Shown here: piece by piece, positions 10,484-20,781 of the stretch | Layout of the letters: each line of letters opens with the position of its first letter | Numbering within the stretch: the stretch's first letter is position 1 | Assembly (NCBI GenBank): GCA_963836185.1 | Contig: CAWIIQ010000001.1 | Location: 96,001-160,000 of the forward strand | DNA: 64,000 nucleotides | From: Candidatus Krumholzibacteriia bacterium | GTDB lineage: Bacteria > Krumholzibacteriota > Krumholzibacteriia > Krumholzibacteriales > Krumholzibacteriaceae | Direction of reading: 5' to 3' | Position numbers and translations under genes: made by a program | Notes under the pieces: model-generated | Told to the model about the DNA's origin: nothing | The model's input: only the letters and a program-made list of their open reading frames with translations | The model's database searches: none

Positions 10484-12084
10484 ACGGGAAAAAAGAAAGA
10501 AACGTGGCCGACGATTTCCTGCTCTGCAACAGGTGCGGGGCCTGCAAGGCTGTCTGTCCCGTAGCCGATGCCGTCGGCGAGGAATGGGCGTCGGCGCGCG
10601 GCAAGGTCGAGCTTGCCGAAGCCTTCTTCAGGGGCGAGAAGCTCAGCGACGAGGATCTTCAGCAGGCCTTCGATCTATGCCTTCACTGCATGGCCTGTGA
10701 GGAGAATTGTCCCTCGGGGATGAGAGCCGAAGAGGTCATCCTTGCCGCGAGATCCGAGATGGCACGCCGGGGGAAGATCCCGAGGATGAAGCGTATCGCA
10801 CTGAAGATGCTCGACGGGATGGACAACGCTCTTTTCAGGACGATGAGACTTCTTGGCCTCTCGCGAAAGGGGCCGCCTCACGGAACAGGGGGGAAAAGCC
10901 CGCTCAGCGTTTTTTATCCACTCCTGGGCTGGCCCCGGCAGAGATTCTTCCCGCTGCCGAAGAACAAACCGTTCCTGAAAAAGGGGTCGGAATATTTCCC
11001 GGCGTCCTTCTTCGATGAGATCATGCTCGACTCATCCAGGCTTCTCTCAAAGACCTATGGCGAAACAGGTTTCGATGAGGCAAAGGCATCAGGACTGATA
11101 GACCTGGTTCTCAGAACGAGGATGAAGAACCGCGCGGAGCGCAGGCGCGCCTTCTTCTTCGTCGGCCACACAGTGAACCATTTCTTTCCCGAGGAGGCCG
11201 AGGCGATCACGCTCGTCCTGAACATCCTCGGGATCGACGTACACGCCCCGGCCGGCCAGGGATGCTGCGGGGCGCCGCAGTTCTACTCGGGAGATCTGGA
11301 GGCGGCAAGAAAGGCCGCCGCGAAGGTAGTCGAAGAGATCTCGAAGGTAGAGTTCGACTGGATCGTCACATCATGTTCATCGGGCGGTCGGATGCTCAAG
11401 CACGAGTTCCCTCGTCTTTTCGACCTGAACGAGGATGGCTTCTTCAATATTGCGTGGGATCCGGTCACAGAGGTCTTCACGAGAAAGGGTCTGGGCCACT
11501 CGGCGCGCGAGGAGTACTTCGAGACAGGCGAGCTGTACAGGAAACACATCGAAGCACGCGTATTTGATATTAACGAGCTGATCGTCGATCTGCTCGGCCT
11601 GGAGAAATCGGTCAGGGGATTCGATACCCTGGTCATGAACATGGGTGAAGCCCATAAAGAGGATGGGACCGGTGGAGCAGATAAAACCCCGGATGCGAGG
11701 CCGACGGTCACCTATCACCATCCCTGCCATCTCAACCGGGGTCAAAAGGTCGACTGGCAGCCAGAGATGATACTGGAAAAGCTGCCTGGCTGGAAGTATG
11801 TCAGGATGAAGGATGCCGACGTATGCTGTGGCGGGGGAGGGACCTTCACATTCACACACCCGGAGGAATCGGAGAAGATCGCAAATAGGAAGATGGATGC
11901 CGTAGAGGAGACCGGGCCGGGTGTCGTGGCGACCGCCTGCCCCCTGTGCAGGATCCAGCTGATGGACATGATAAAACGCAGGTTCACTGCCGGAGCGAAG
12001 GAAAAGGGCCTGCCTCCCCGCGACATTCCCGTAGTATCTCCAGTCGAACTGTTGGCAGGGGATTTGCTCAAGATCCTCAGGTAA
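10477..12084 (+). CDS. Fe-S oxidoreductase, GlcF/CCG-domain family
   Basis: Two CxxCxxCxxxCP ferredoxin motifs, two CCG motifs, YHHPCHL, ATACPLC. Confidence 0.88.
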   Translation: MVDGKKERNVADDFLLCNRCGACKAVCPVADAVGEEWASARGKVELAEAFFRGEKLSDEDLQQAFDLCLHCMACEENCPSGMRAEEVILAARSEMARRGKIPRMKRIALKMLDGMDNALFRTMRLLGLSRKGPPHGTGGKSPLSVFYPLLGWPRQRFFPLPKNKPFLKKGSEYFPASFFDEIMLDSSRLLSKTYGETGFDEAKASGLIDLVLRTRMKNRAERRRAFFFVGHTVNHFFPEEAEAITLVLNILGIDVHAPAGQGCCGAPQFYSGDLEAARKAAAKVVEEISKVEFDWIVTSCSSGGRMLKHEFPRLFDLNEDGFFNIAWDPVTEVFTRKGLGHSAREEYFETGELYRKHIEARVFDINELIVDLLGLEKSVRGFDTLVMNMGEAHKEDGTGGADKTPDARPTVTYHHPCHLNRGQKVDWQPEMILEKLPGWKYVRMKDADVCCGGGGTFTFTHPEESEKIANRKMDAVEETGPGVVATACPLCRIQLMDMIKRRFTAGAKEKGLPPRDIPVVSPVELLAGDLLKILR

Positions 12085-12146
12085 AACCCGGTTAACCGGC
12101 ACTCGTATAACGTATTGCGGCCGCTTCGCAGGGCTGTTTTGGACTA

Positions 12147-12175
12147 TTGACAACAGGGTTAAGGGATACTATTAT
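12147..12175 (+). promoter_or_regulatory. Sigma70-type promoter for tRNA-Asn
   Basis: TTGACA-17 nt-TATTAT followed by a GC-rich discriminator-like stretch. Confidence 0.75.
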
Positions 12176-12228
12176 TATTACCCGGCGGGGCCAGCGGCGC
12201 CGCCGTAAAAATTTAAGGATTTTAGTGC

Positions 12229-12304
<76 letters not shown>

Positions 12305-12347
12305 AATTTTAGTAATCCTCTTCTGAGCTGATTATCTGCGAAAGAGA

Positions 12348-13979
12348 TCAGGGTAGTTCCAGACCCGCTTTATTCAACCCTTCGACCAGCTGCCCGGCGA
12401 TGCTATCGATCTTGATGGTGCGGGCGATGAGCTCCATGGCCCGGTCTTCGAAATCGGGTTTGAGTCTCCGGAGCTCCGCAAAGTAGGCGCTGGCCTGAGC
12501 CTTGCGTTCCAGCATGCCGAGCGAAGCTGCGCAGACCACCGGATGCCAGAAACCGATGTTGGGTCCGGCGTTCAGAGCGGCCCGATAAGACGATTCGTAA
12601 CGCTCCAGCCGGTAATCGTCCAGCCAGATCGCGTGATGGAACCATCTCGGATGACAGGGATTGAGCGCGACAGCTTTCTCGACGAGGGATCTGCCGCGGT
12701 CGAAGTCTCCCGCCAGGACGAGGACATAACCTATCATACCCGCGAAGTAAGCAGAGTTAGGGTTGAGCGAGATGGCAACGTCGGCCTCGCTGCGCGCGGA
12801 CTCGAGCTCGCCCCGCAGGAGATACACGTAGGCCATGATGATCCGCGTAAGCTGGTTGGCCGGATCCGTCATGGTCCCTTTTCTGGCGTATATTCGCGCC
12901 GTCTCAATCGGATCCTCGAATTCGGGCAGGTCCCATATGTATGCCTGGCAGTGCAGATTGGCGAAAGCCGAGCACGCCGGCCCGTAGTCGGGTTCACGCT
13001 CGATTGCGGCTTTCAGCGCGGCGAAAGCATTCCGGTACAGTTCCGGCGTCATCACCAGCATGTAGTGGTGGTAGCGCAGCATGGCCTCGTACGTCGTGAG
13101 GTCGGAGGGTTCCTTGGTCCGGACTTCGCGTGAAAGCCGCTGAGATATGATACCTGTCTCCCCCGCGATCGTAGTGACGACGTCTCTTGCGATAGATTCC
13201 TGGGTCGAGATGACCTCTGCCGGGTCGAGCTTGTACGCGTAGGCTTCGCTCCACAACTGCCTTCCCGTGGCCGTATCGGTCAGCTGCATGGTGACCTTCG
13301 CCCTTTCCGAGTCTCTGCGCAGCGACCCGCCGAGTAGAAACCTCGCACCCAGCTTGGATCCAGTGACCTTCGCGCTATTGGGGTCGCTGGGCACAGGGCC
13401 CGCTCCACCGCTGGGGATCGCTATGATATCCTGGTATCTGCCGAGCTCGACGGCCAGTTCGGAGAGGAGTCCGTGCACAAAGTAGTCCTGCACGGTATCG
13501 CCGGTGAGATTCTCGAGGGGCATGACGGCTACGGAAGGCGTGGCGATGGCCCCGGATGCCTGCGATACAGGCCCGGACAGTTCACGGGCGGCGGGCCCGG
13601 GCTTTTCGATGAAGAGAGGTACGTACCTGCCCTTGGGTATTTCGATCCGTATCGGATCCTCCATCCCGGCGACGAGATAATACCTTTCGAGCTCTCGCCG
13701 GAGCTTGCCCGCCTCTATGCGGACTATCGGGTCGAGCCCGGAATCGAAATCCTCACCCCGGCCGAAGACCGCCATGGCGATCGAATAACCTTTGATCTGG
13801 TCCGTCCTTCCGGCGAGTGTCTCCTCGACTACATATGTCAGGAAATTTCGGCGTTTATAGGATGCGAGGAACTCCGGGTGCGCAAGAACGAGGCGAAGCT
13901 CTTCACGGACAACCTGATGGGAGATGCCCGCAGGGGCCTGGGGAGAGGACGAACCCTTATTAGAATCCTGCATGGCCAA
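12348..13979 (-). CDS. Putative regulator: N-terminal wHTH-like domain + TolB-like domain + TPR
   Basis: IKGYSIAMAVFGR...DPIVRIEAGKLRRELERYY...IEIPKGRYVP; PSVAVMPLENL; TPR-like helices. Confidence 0.75.
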   Translation of the reverse strand: MAMQDSNKGSSSPQAPAGISHQVVREELRLVLAHPEFLASYKRRNFLTYVVEETLAGRTDQIKGYSIAMAVFGRGEDFDSGLDPIVRIEAGKLRRELERYYLVAGMEDPIRIEIPKGRYVPLFIEKPGPAARELSGPVSQASGAIATPSVAVMPLENLTGDTVQDYFVHGLLSELAVELGRYQDIIAIPSGGAGPVPSDPNSAKVTGSKLGARFLLGGSLRRDSERAKVTMQLTDTATGRQLWSEAYAYKLDPAEVISTQESIARDVVTTIAGETGIISQRLSREVRTKEPSDLTTYEAMLRYHHYMLVMTPELYRNAFAALKAAIEREPDYGPACSAFANLHCQAYIWDLPEFEDPIETARIYARKGTMTDPANQLTRIIMAYVYLLRGELESARSEADVAISLNPNSAYFAGMIGYVLVLAGDFDRGRSLVEKAVALNPCHPRWFHHAIWLDDYRLERYESSYRAALNAGPNIGFWHPVVCAASLGMLERKAQASAYFAELRRLKPDFEDRAMELIARTIKIDSIAGQLVEGLNKAGLELP

Positions 13980-14142
13980 CTGAGACCTTATGAAGCTAAT
14001 TGTTATTATGACATAGCCTTTATAGATGTAGGCTACATGAGACTACTGTAAACTCCTTACGCCTGCAAGCATTCTATGCAAGATTCCGGGTGGAAGTTAA
14101 GTGGCTCCCAGCATCCAGATTCTAAAATATGGGGATTAGACA

Positions 14143-14442
14143 GTGACAGACCAAAAGAAGGCGTTCAGGACCGCCGCAGCCTGCTTTCCCCGTTATGCCG
14201 CAGAGATCGAGCGTGCGTACGAGGAGATAGGCGAGTTCCGTTCGATCTGCACCGATCTGCTTGAATGTGACGAGGCCCTGAATCATTGGAGTAAGGTGGA
14301 TACCGACGAGGGAGCCTCGCGGAGTGAAGAGTACGCGGAACTGTTCGAATCACTCAAACAGGAGGTGCTGGACTGGCTGGCAACTCACGGATTTCTCAGT
14401 GAGGGCGAGGTGGAGGGCTCGGCCGAATCGGAGCAAGTCTAG
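14143..14442 (+). CDS. Small helical hypothetical protein divergent from the TolB/TPR regulator
   Basis: FP...FRSICTDL..C.EAL..W...EY.EL...L..EV pattern recalled from similar loci. Confidence 0.6.
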   Translation: MTDQKKAFRTAAACFPRYAAEIERAYEEIGEFRSICTDLLECDEALNHWSKVDTDEGASRSEEYAELFESLKQEVLDWLATHGFLSEGEVEGSAESEQV

Positions 14443-14496
14443 TATGGACGTTTAAGCGTGCAGAACAAATAAAAAGGAGAAAGGAAGGAGAGTGCT

Positions 14497-15943
14497 ATGA
14501 GTGTTTCCAAAGAAAGAATGGGAATACTGGTTCTAATCCTGGTGGTGATTTTTTCGGTTACCTCCTGCTCCCGGGACCTTCCCGGTATGGAGGAGACGCA
14601 GGCGATCGCGAAGGAAGCCTATGTCTACGGTTTCCCGATTGTCATGAACTACAAGACGATGTACCAGTACACGGTCGATACGGAGAACCCGGACTACAAG
14701 GGACCGTTCAGCCAGGTCGCCTGCGAGGCGCGCGTGTTCACACCGCAGGACAAGGCAGTCGTGACGCCGAACTCCGACACGCCGTACTGCATGTTCTGGA
14801 TGGATCTGCGTGCCGAACCGCTTGTCCTGTCCGTGCCGGAGATGGGCCCGGAACGGTACTACAGCTTCCAGCTCATCGACCTCTATACACACAATTTTGC
14901 CTATGTCGGCAACCTCACCACGGGCAGCAGCGCCGGAAGCTACCTGCTCGCCGGGCCAGGCTGGAACGGGGAGAAGCCGGCGGGCATCACCGATATCATC
15001 CGCTCAGAAACCGGCTTCATTTTCAATATCACCCGGACGCAGCTCTTCGGTCCGGATGACCTGGAGAAGGTCAAGGCGATCCAGGATCAGTACGAACTGC
15101 AGCCGCTGAGCGCTTTCCTGGGAGAGAAAGCCCCGGCATCCATGCCCCTGCCCGATTTCCCTGAATGGGTCGAGGGCTCGCAGTTTGACGAGCGCTTCTT
15201 CGCCTACCTCGACTTCGTGATGGACCTTCTCGAGAAACCGGGACCTGGAGAGGACGCACTCTGGCAGGACCTCGCGCGCCTGGGCATCGGCCCCGGCAAG
15301 ACCTTCCGACTGGATGCACTTCCCGACGAACAGGTCGAGGCGTTGAAGGCCGGCGTGAAAGAGGGGTTTTCCGACATCGAGGCATTCATTGCCGAGCATA
15401 CGAGCGATCCCCTTGTCAGCGGGAAAATATTCGGCACACGTGAATTCCTGAACGAAAGCGCCGGGAAGAACTACGGGCTGGACAAACCTGACATGCTCCG
15501 CTCTGTTGCCGCGCACATGGGACTGTACGGTAATTCGGCGAAGGAAGCGATATATCCGACCTATATAATCGATGCCGACGGCGAGCCGCTGGACGCCTCG
15601 AAGCGCAGTTACACGATCACCTTCCCTGAAGACGCTCTCCCGCCGGTGAAGGCTTTCTGGTCGCTGACCATGTACGACGGAAAGACCCAGCTTCTAGTCG
15701 ATAATCCGCTCGACCGCTACCTCCTGACCTCGAACATGTTGGACGATTTCAATCGGGGAGAGAGACGGCTCTCTGGTGCTGCATATCGGCAAGGACTCGC
15801 CCGGTAGGGACCTGGAGTCCAACTGGCTTCCCGCGCCCGACGGACCCTTCTACATGGTCATGCGGCTCTACGGACCCGAGAAAGCCGCACTGGAGGGCCG
15901 GTGGACGCCGCCCGGGATAAATGAAAGCGGATTAGACAAGTAG
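14497..15943 (+). CDS. DUF1254/DUF1214 lipoprotein with frameshift at about 15760
   Basis: Lipobox VTSC; VTPNSDTPY; PPVKAFWSLTMYD; the shifted frame supplies DGSLVLHI...NWLPAPDGPFYMVMRLYGP to TAG 15943. Confidence 0.82.
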
Positions 15944-15975
15944 ACGCGATAAGGTCCATATTGAAAGGAGAGACC

Positions 15976-17005
15976 ATGAGATCGATCATCACCTCGACCG
16001 TCGTCATAATGGCGATCGTCATTTCCGGTTTGGCGGTAGTCGCCGGGGAGAGCAAGGAGCCGGTCGGCGTGACCGTCGACAACTTCGTGCGGGCCGAATC
16101 GGACCACATGATCCGAGAGAACATGAAGATGATGGGTGTCGTCTTCGGCAAATTCACGCATCTGCGCGAGCCTACCACGCCGGACAACCAGCCCGTCATC
16201 CGAATGAACCAGGACACGTTCTACTCCGGGACGGTGCTGGACCTCTCCAGGCCCGTGACGATCACGCTGCCGGAGGCCGGCGGGCGCTATATGTCGATGC
16301 ACGTGGTAAGCCAGGATCATTACTGTTTCGTCGAGTCGAAACCGGGAACGTACGAGCTGACGGAAGAGAACGTGGGCACGCGCTTCGCCCTGGTGACCGT
16401 CCGAACCTTTTACAACGTCGGCAATCCCGACGACATCCCCGCCGCCCACGCGGCCCAGGACAAGATCGAGATCAGCGGCGGGGGCGGCGGCCCGTTCGTG
16501 GCGCCGAACTGGGACACCGATCAACTCGCGAGCTGCGCGCAAGGCCCTAAACGACCTGGCAGTCCTCGGCTTTAACGCGTCCTACGCTTTCGGCCGCAAG
16601 GAGGATGTCAGGCCGATCGACCATCTGGTCGGCGCCGCGGCCGGCTGGGGTGGACTGCCTCGCACCGCCGCTATGTACATCCTCGACAGCGTCGAAAAGA
16701 ACGACGGCAAGACGCCGCACGCGGTGACGGTCAAGGACGTGCCGGTGGATGCGTTCTGGTCCATCACGGTCTATAACGCCGAAGGGTATCTCGAGGCGAA
16801 TGAGCTCGGAAGGAACAGCTTCAACAACCTCTCCGCCGAGCCTAACGAGGACGGATCGTACACGATCCGTTTCGGCGGAGACCCCGGGAGCGTGAACTAC
16901 CTGCCGATCGCCGAGGGCTGGAACTACGCGATCCGCATGTATGAGCCGCGCCAGGAGATCCTGGACGGCACATGGACGTTCCCGAGCATCGAGCCGGTAA
17001 AATAA
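15976..17005 (+). CDS. DUF1254/DUF1214 secreted protein with frameshift at about 16533
   Basis: VTVDNFVRAESD, IRMNQDTFYS; the shifted frame reads HLVGAAAGWGGLP...VPVDAFWSITVYN...GWNYAIRMYEP. Confidence 0.82.
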
Positions 17006-17065
17006 TCGGGTTGACCAGTATTTGCATACCTGGAAAGAAGACGTCGTGATGAAAATGCATTTGTC

Positions 17066-17161
17066 CTCGATCCCGGCAGCCCGCTGCGGGCGGCGGACAA
17101 GTGCGATGCGCCCTTCGAGTTCGAAGGAACCCTGAAACGGCTTTATTTCAAGAACCTGTGA
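17066..17161 (+). pseudogene. Probable remnant of an arylsulfatase C-terminus
   Basis: Startless frame reads LDPGSPLRAADKCDAPFEFEGTLKRLYFKNL*, resembling from recall the GSPV...APFxFxG tail of long arylsulfatases. Confidence 0.45.
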
Positions 17162-17185
17162 TCAACAACAGGAGGAGACATAATT

Positions 17186-17998
17186 GTGAGATTCGTTTTT
17201 TGTATCCTGACCGTTCTAGTGCTGGCGATCGCATATCCAGCGCTGGCCCAGCAGGGCGGGACCGAAGTGGAAGAGATGTCGAAACAGGCGGCGAACCCGC
17301 TGGCCGACCTGATAAGCCTTCCGCTGCAGAACAACACGAACTTCGGTCTCGGCCCGTATGGCCGGACGAGCAACATCCTCAACATCCAGCCGGTGATCCC
17401 GCTCGCGGATGGACGTATCATCACCCGTACGATTGCGCCGATAGTCTGGATCCCCGAATACGGCGAAGAAAGCGGTCTGTATACGTGGGGGCTGAGCGAC
17501 ATTCAGTTTACGGCGTTCTATGTGCCGCCGTCCGAAGGCCTGATGTGGGGTATCGGCGCGGTGGCCGAGATCCCGACCGGGGGAGAGAAACGCGGTTCAC
17601 AGAAATGGAGCCTGGGCCCTTCGGTCGTCGTGCTGTATCAGCCCGGAGACTGGACATTCGGAGTTCTCGCGAACAACGTATGGTCCGTGGCGGGCGAGTC
17701 CGGGCGGCAGGACGTGAACAAAGGACTGGTCAATCTCTTTCTGGTCCGACAGCTTGGCGGCGGATGGTACGTCAACAGCGCGCCCATCATCACAGTCAAC
17801 TGGGAGGCGGAATCGGACGAGCGATGGATCGTCCCGCTCGGGGCGGGAGCCGGCAAGGTCGCCATGTTCGGGAAGCTTCCCGTCAACACGCAGGTCGGTG
17901 CCTATTTCAATGTCGTGAAACCGGACTTCGGGCCGGATTGGCAGTTACGGGTCCAGGTCCAGGTCTTCCTGCCCAAACCGGGGAGCGGCAAGGGCTGA
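17186..17998 (+). CDS. Outer-membrane channel-like protein (often annotated neuromedin U family)
   Basis: Signal peptide; ANPLADLISLPLQNN, LNIQPVIP, WSLGPS, W.VPLG.G motifs. Confidence 0.75.
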   Translation: MRFVFCILTVLVLAIAYPALAQQGGTEVEEMSKQAANPLADLISLPLQNNTNFGLGPYGRTSNILNIQPVIPLADGRIITRTIAPIVWIPEYGEESGLYTWGLSDIQFTAFYVPPSEGLMWGIGAVAEIPTGGEKRGSQKWSLGPSVVVLYQPGDWTFGVLANNVWSVAGESGRQDVNKGLVNLFLVRQLGGGWYVNSAPIITVNWEAESDERWIVPLGAGAGKVAMFGKLPVNTQVGAYFNVVKPDFGPDWQLRVQVQVFLPKPGSGKG

Positions 17999-18092
17999 GC
18001 AGAAGGGAGGTTTTAACGCTATAATACGCTGGATTAAACTGTTTTTTATACATCGGGAGAAATGGTTCAGAACTTTAACGAAAGGGTTTACC

Positions 18093-18524
18093 GTGAAAGC
18101 TGCGAGAATACTGTTAATCACCGTCGTCATGCTCGTCATGGCTGCATCGGCATCGGCGGAAATCAAAGGTTTCGGGCTCGGCGCTGGCTCCTTTGACGGA
18201 GAATTCGGCGTTCAGGGCCGCTGGGATATAAAGCTGGGCGGCGATATCTCGCATATCACCGCACAGGGTTCGATCGCTTTTGCTGACCGGACGACATTTT
18301 TGGTCGATGCCGACTATCATTTCGTCGTCAAATCGGGGAAAGGACGCTTTTACCCACTGGCCGGACTGCAGTTCGCCTTTAATTCCGACGACTCCGAATT
18401 CGGTGTAAACGCCGGCGGCGGCTTTAACTTCATGCTTACGGAAAATATGGCTGCCTTCGCAGAGGTAAAGTATGTTTTCTTCGGCTGGGAAGGCTGGTTC
18501 ATCACGGGCGGTATTTATTTCTGA
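18093..18524 (+). CDS. Small outer-membrane beta-barrel protein
   Basis: Signal peptide, alternating beta-strands, C-terminal aromatic (GGIYF). Confidence 0.7.
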   Translation: MKAARILLITVVMLVMAASASAEIKGFGLGAGSFDGEFGVQGRWDIKLGGDISHITAQGSIAFADRTTFLVDADYHFVVKSGKGRFYPLAGLQFAFNSDDSEFGVNAGGGFNFMLTENMAAFAEVKYVFFGWEGWFITGGIYF

Positions 18525-18639
18525 GGCTCGCCGCCACCGGGAGCTGATGTCCGAGCCTGAAGTTGACGATAGATAAGGCCGTGCCCTATACTTTCGCCGT
18601 TTTTCGGAGCACTGGGCAAAGGAACAAAGGCAGGGGGGC

Positions 18640-18931
18640 ATGAGACTGAATATTTCGCTTATCACTGCGGGCATTATCCTTGTCGTTTTGTGCAGCGTTG
18701 AGCCCGCGGCGTCGATGGATATTGTGTCAAGGGATCCTTGTGCGGACGCCATTGTGGTCGATGCGGCGACCGGAATTGTACGGGGACACATATTTTCGTG
18801 CTAATTCTTTAATACGGCTCGTGAGAGAGTATGACCCAGATAAGGGTAGTTATGTTATGCGGGAACCGTATGTTGATGAAATTCGTGTATGTGTATTAAC
18901 TATTAGCGAGTTTCCATACAAGAAAAAATAG
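18640..18931 (+). pseudogene. Fragmented secreted-protein gene remnant
   Basis: Signal peptide MRLNISLITAGIILVVLCS; frame breaks near 18775 and runs into AT-rich DNA. Confidence 0.35.
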
Positions 18932-19064
18932 ATCAGGTTGCTAACTTCTCTATTACCACCAAAAAGGTTCTAAGGTCGTCCTGCCTGACGAGCCAATTCT
19001 ATCGTGCATTAACTCCTGACAGCCTGATGAAGCACAACGCTGGATATCCGTGCATACAGAATGA

Positions 19065-19100
19065 CCCGGCCCCGAAGAGTGGATCCTCTCCGGGGCCGGG
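19065..19100. terminator. GC-rich hairpin, probable terminator
   Basis: CCCGGCCCCG...CGGGGCCGGG inverted repeat just downstream of the minus-strand SnoaL/FlgD gene. Confidence 0.55.
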
Positions 19101-19136
19101 CACCCTTTAATTACTTTTTCTCAAAAGAGACACGTA

Positions 19137-20553
19137 CTATCTGAGCAGCACCATCTTCTTCGTCTCCGAGAACGAAGGTGCCGTAAGCTGGTAGAAGTAT
19201 ACTCCGCTGGAGACGGGCTGGCCCTGATCGTTCGTTCCGTACCAGCTCACCTCTCTGGTGCCGGAAGGTTCATGACCGTTGACCAGGGTCCTGACCAGCC
19301 TGCCCGCACTGTCATAGATGTGCAGCGATACGTTCGCACCCCCATCGGGTACCACGAAGGAGATCGTCGTGGTGGGATTGAAGGGATTCGGGACGTTCTG
19401 CTGCAGGCTGAACGCGGGCAAGGGCTGTACGGCGTCGCCCTTGGCCACCTCGGCCCCGTCAGCTTCGAGTGTTGCGGGCGGCGGGAGGGGACAGTCGAAG
19501 GCCGGGTCCACGACACACTTGTAGGAGATCCGGAATCCCTCCACCGCCTGGTCGAGCCCGGGGATGGTAGCCATGATATCGGACTCGCTGTAGTAGTCTC
19601 GCGAGTAGTACGTCTGTGTGCTCCAGTCACGGAACTTGAGGATCGACATGCCCTTGGCGCTGTAGGGCACGCCATTGAAGCTGCCGACCATCGTCCACGT
19701 CGCTGTGTACACACCGCCGATCAGCATTTCATCCTCGACCGTGGTGACCAAATTGGGCGAACTGGCGAAGAGTCGCGCGAAAAAGGGCACCAGCGTGTCG
19801 AAGCCGTAGATGTCGACGATCGGATCGTGATACTCGTAATCGTCGGTATAGTACGGCAGCAGCGATTGCCAATTCGAGGCGTTGATCTCGACGAGCGCGC
19901 GTCCGATCTCGAGACGTTCCTGGCGCAACCTGACCACACCGCCGCGCGCGGTTGTCCGAAGCCGGCGAGTCGAGCAAAGGTTCGATTGCGGGCAGGGCGT
20001 CGGCCGCGGCCGGCTCGAGAGGGCAGTCGAAGGTTGGGTCGACGGCGCACCGGTAGTATGTGCGGAATCCCAGGATCGCTTCATCGAAGCCGGGGATATT
20101 GATCATGATGTCGCCTTCAGAGTAGTAGTCCCGCCAGTAGTAGACCTCCCTGCTCCTGGGACGGAACTTGATGATCGAAATCCCCTTGGCTTCGTAGGGC
20201 ACGCCGTTGAAGCTGCCGACCATCGTCCAGGTCGCCGAGTACACGTCGCCCACCAGGGTTTCGTCTTCGATCGTCGTGATGAGGTCCGGCGAGCTGCCGT
20301 ACAGCCGCCCGAGGAACTGCGTCAACATATCGATGCCGTAGACGTCGACGATCGAATCGTGGTACTCGATGTCGTCAGCGTAGTAGCCCAACAGCGTGGT
20401 CCAGTCCACGTTCTGCACCTCGAGCATGCCGCGCCCGATCTCCAGCCGATCCTGGCGCAACCTGCCCCAACCGTGGCCCCTGGGGCTGGCAAGGACAGGC
20501 GTGAGCACAAGAATGCAGATGAAAATCACTGAGCAAGTGAACAGCTTTCTCAT
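19137..20553 (-). CDS. Secreted tandem SnoaL/NTF2-like domain protein with C-terminal FlgD-Ig domain; frameshift at about 19945
   Basis: Signal peptide MRKLFTCSVIFICILV; two ~150-aa repeats; QNVPNPFNPTTTISF...SGVYFYQL...KKMVLLR. Confidence 0.8.
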
Positions 20554-20781
20554 CTTTCGCCTCCTAGAGCTAATCCTATGGTGTATAAACTGTAGGACCA
20601 TTATAGCACGAAATGTTGTGCAATTCAATCTCAGTCAGGAATGATTATTGATTTCCTCCCTTGCATGTACAGCAGTTAATAATAGACCTGCTTCATGTCA
20701 TCGGGCGCCGGATCTCCAGGCAGGCCAAGAATCTGGAGGGTGCAAGGCAACTGACGATCCGTTCATCTCGTATACTGTAAT

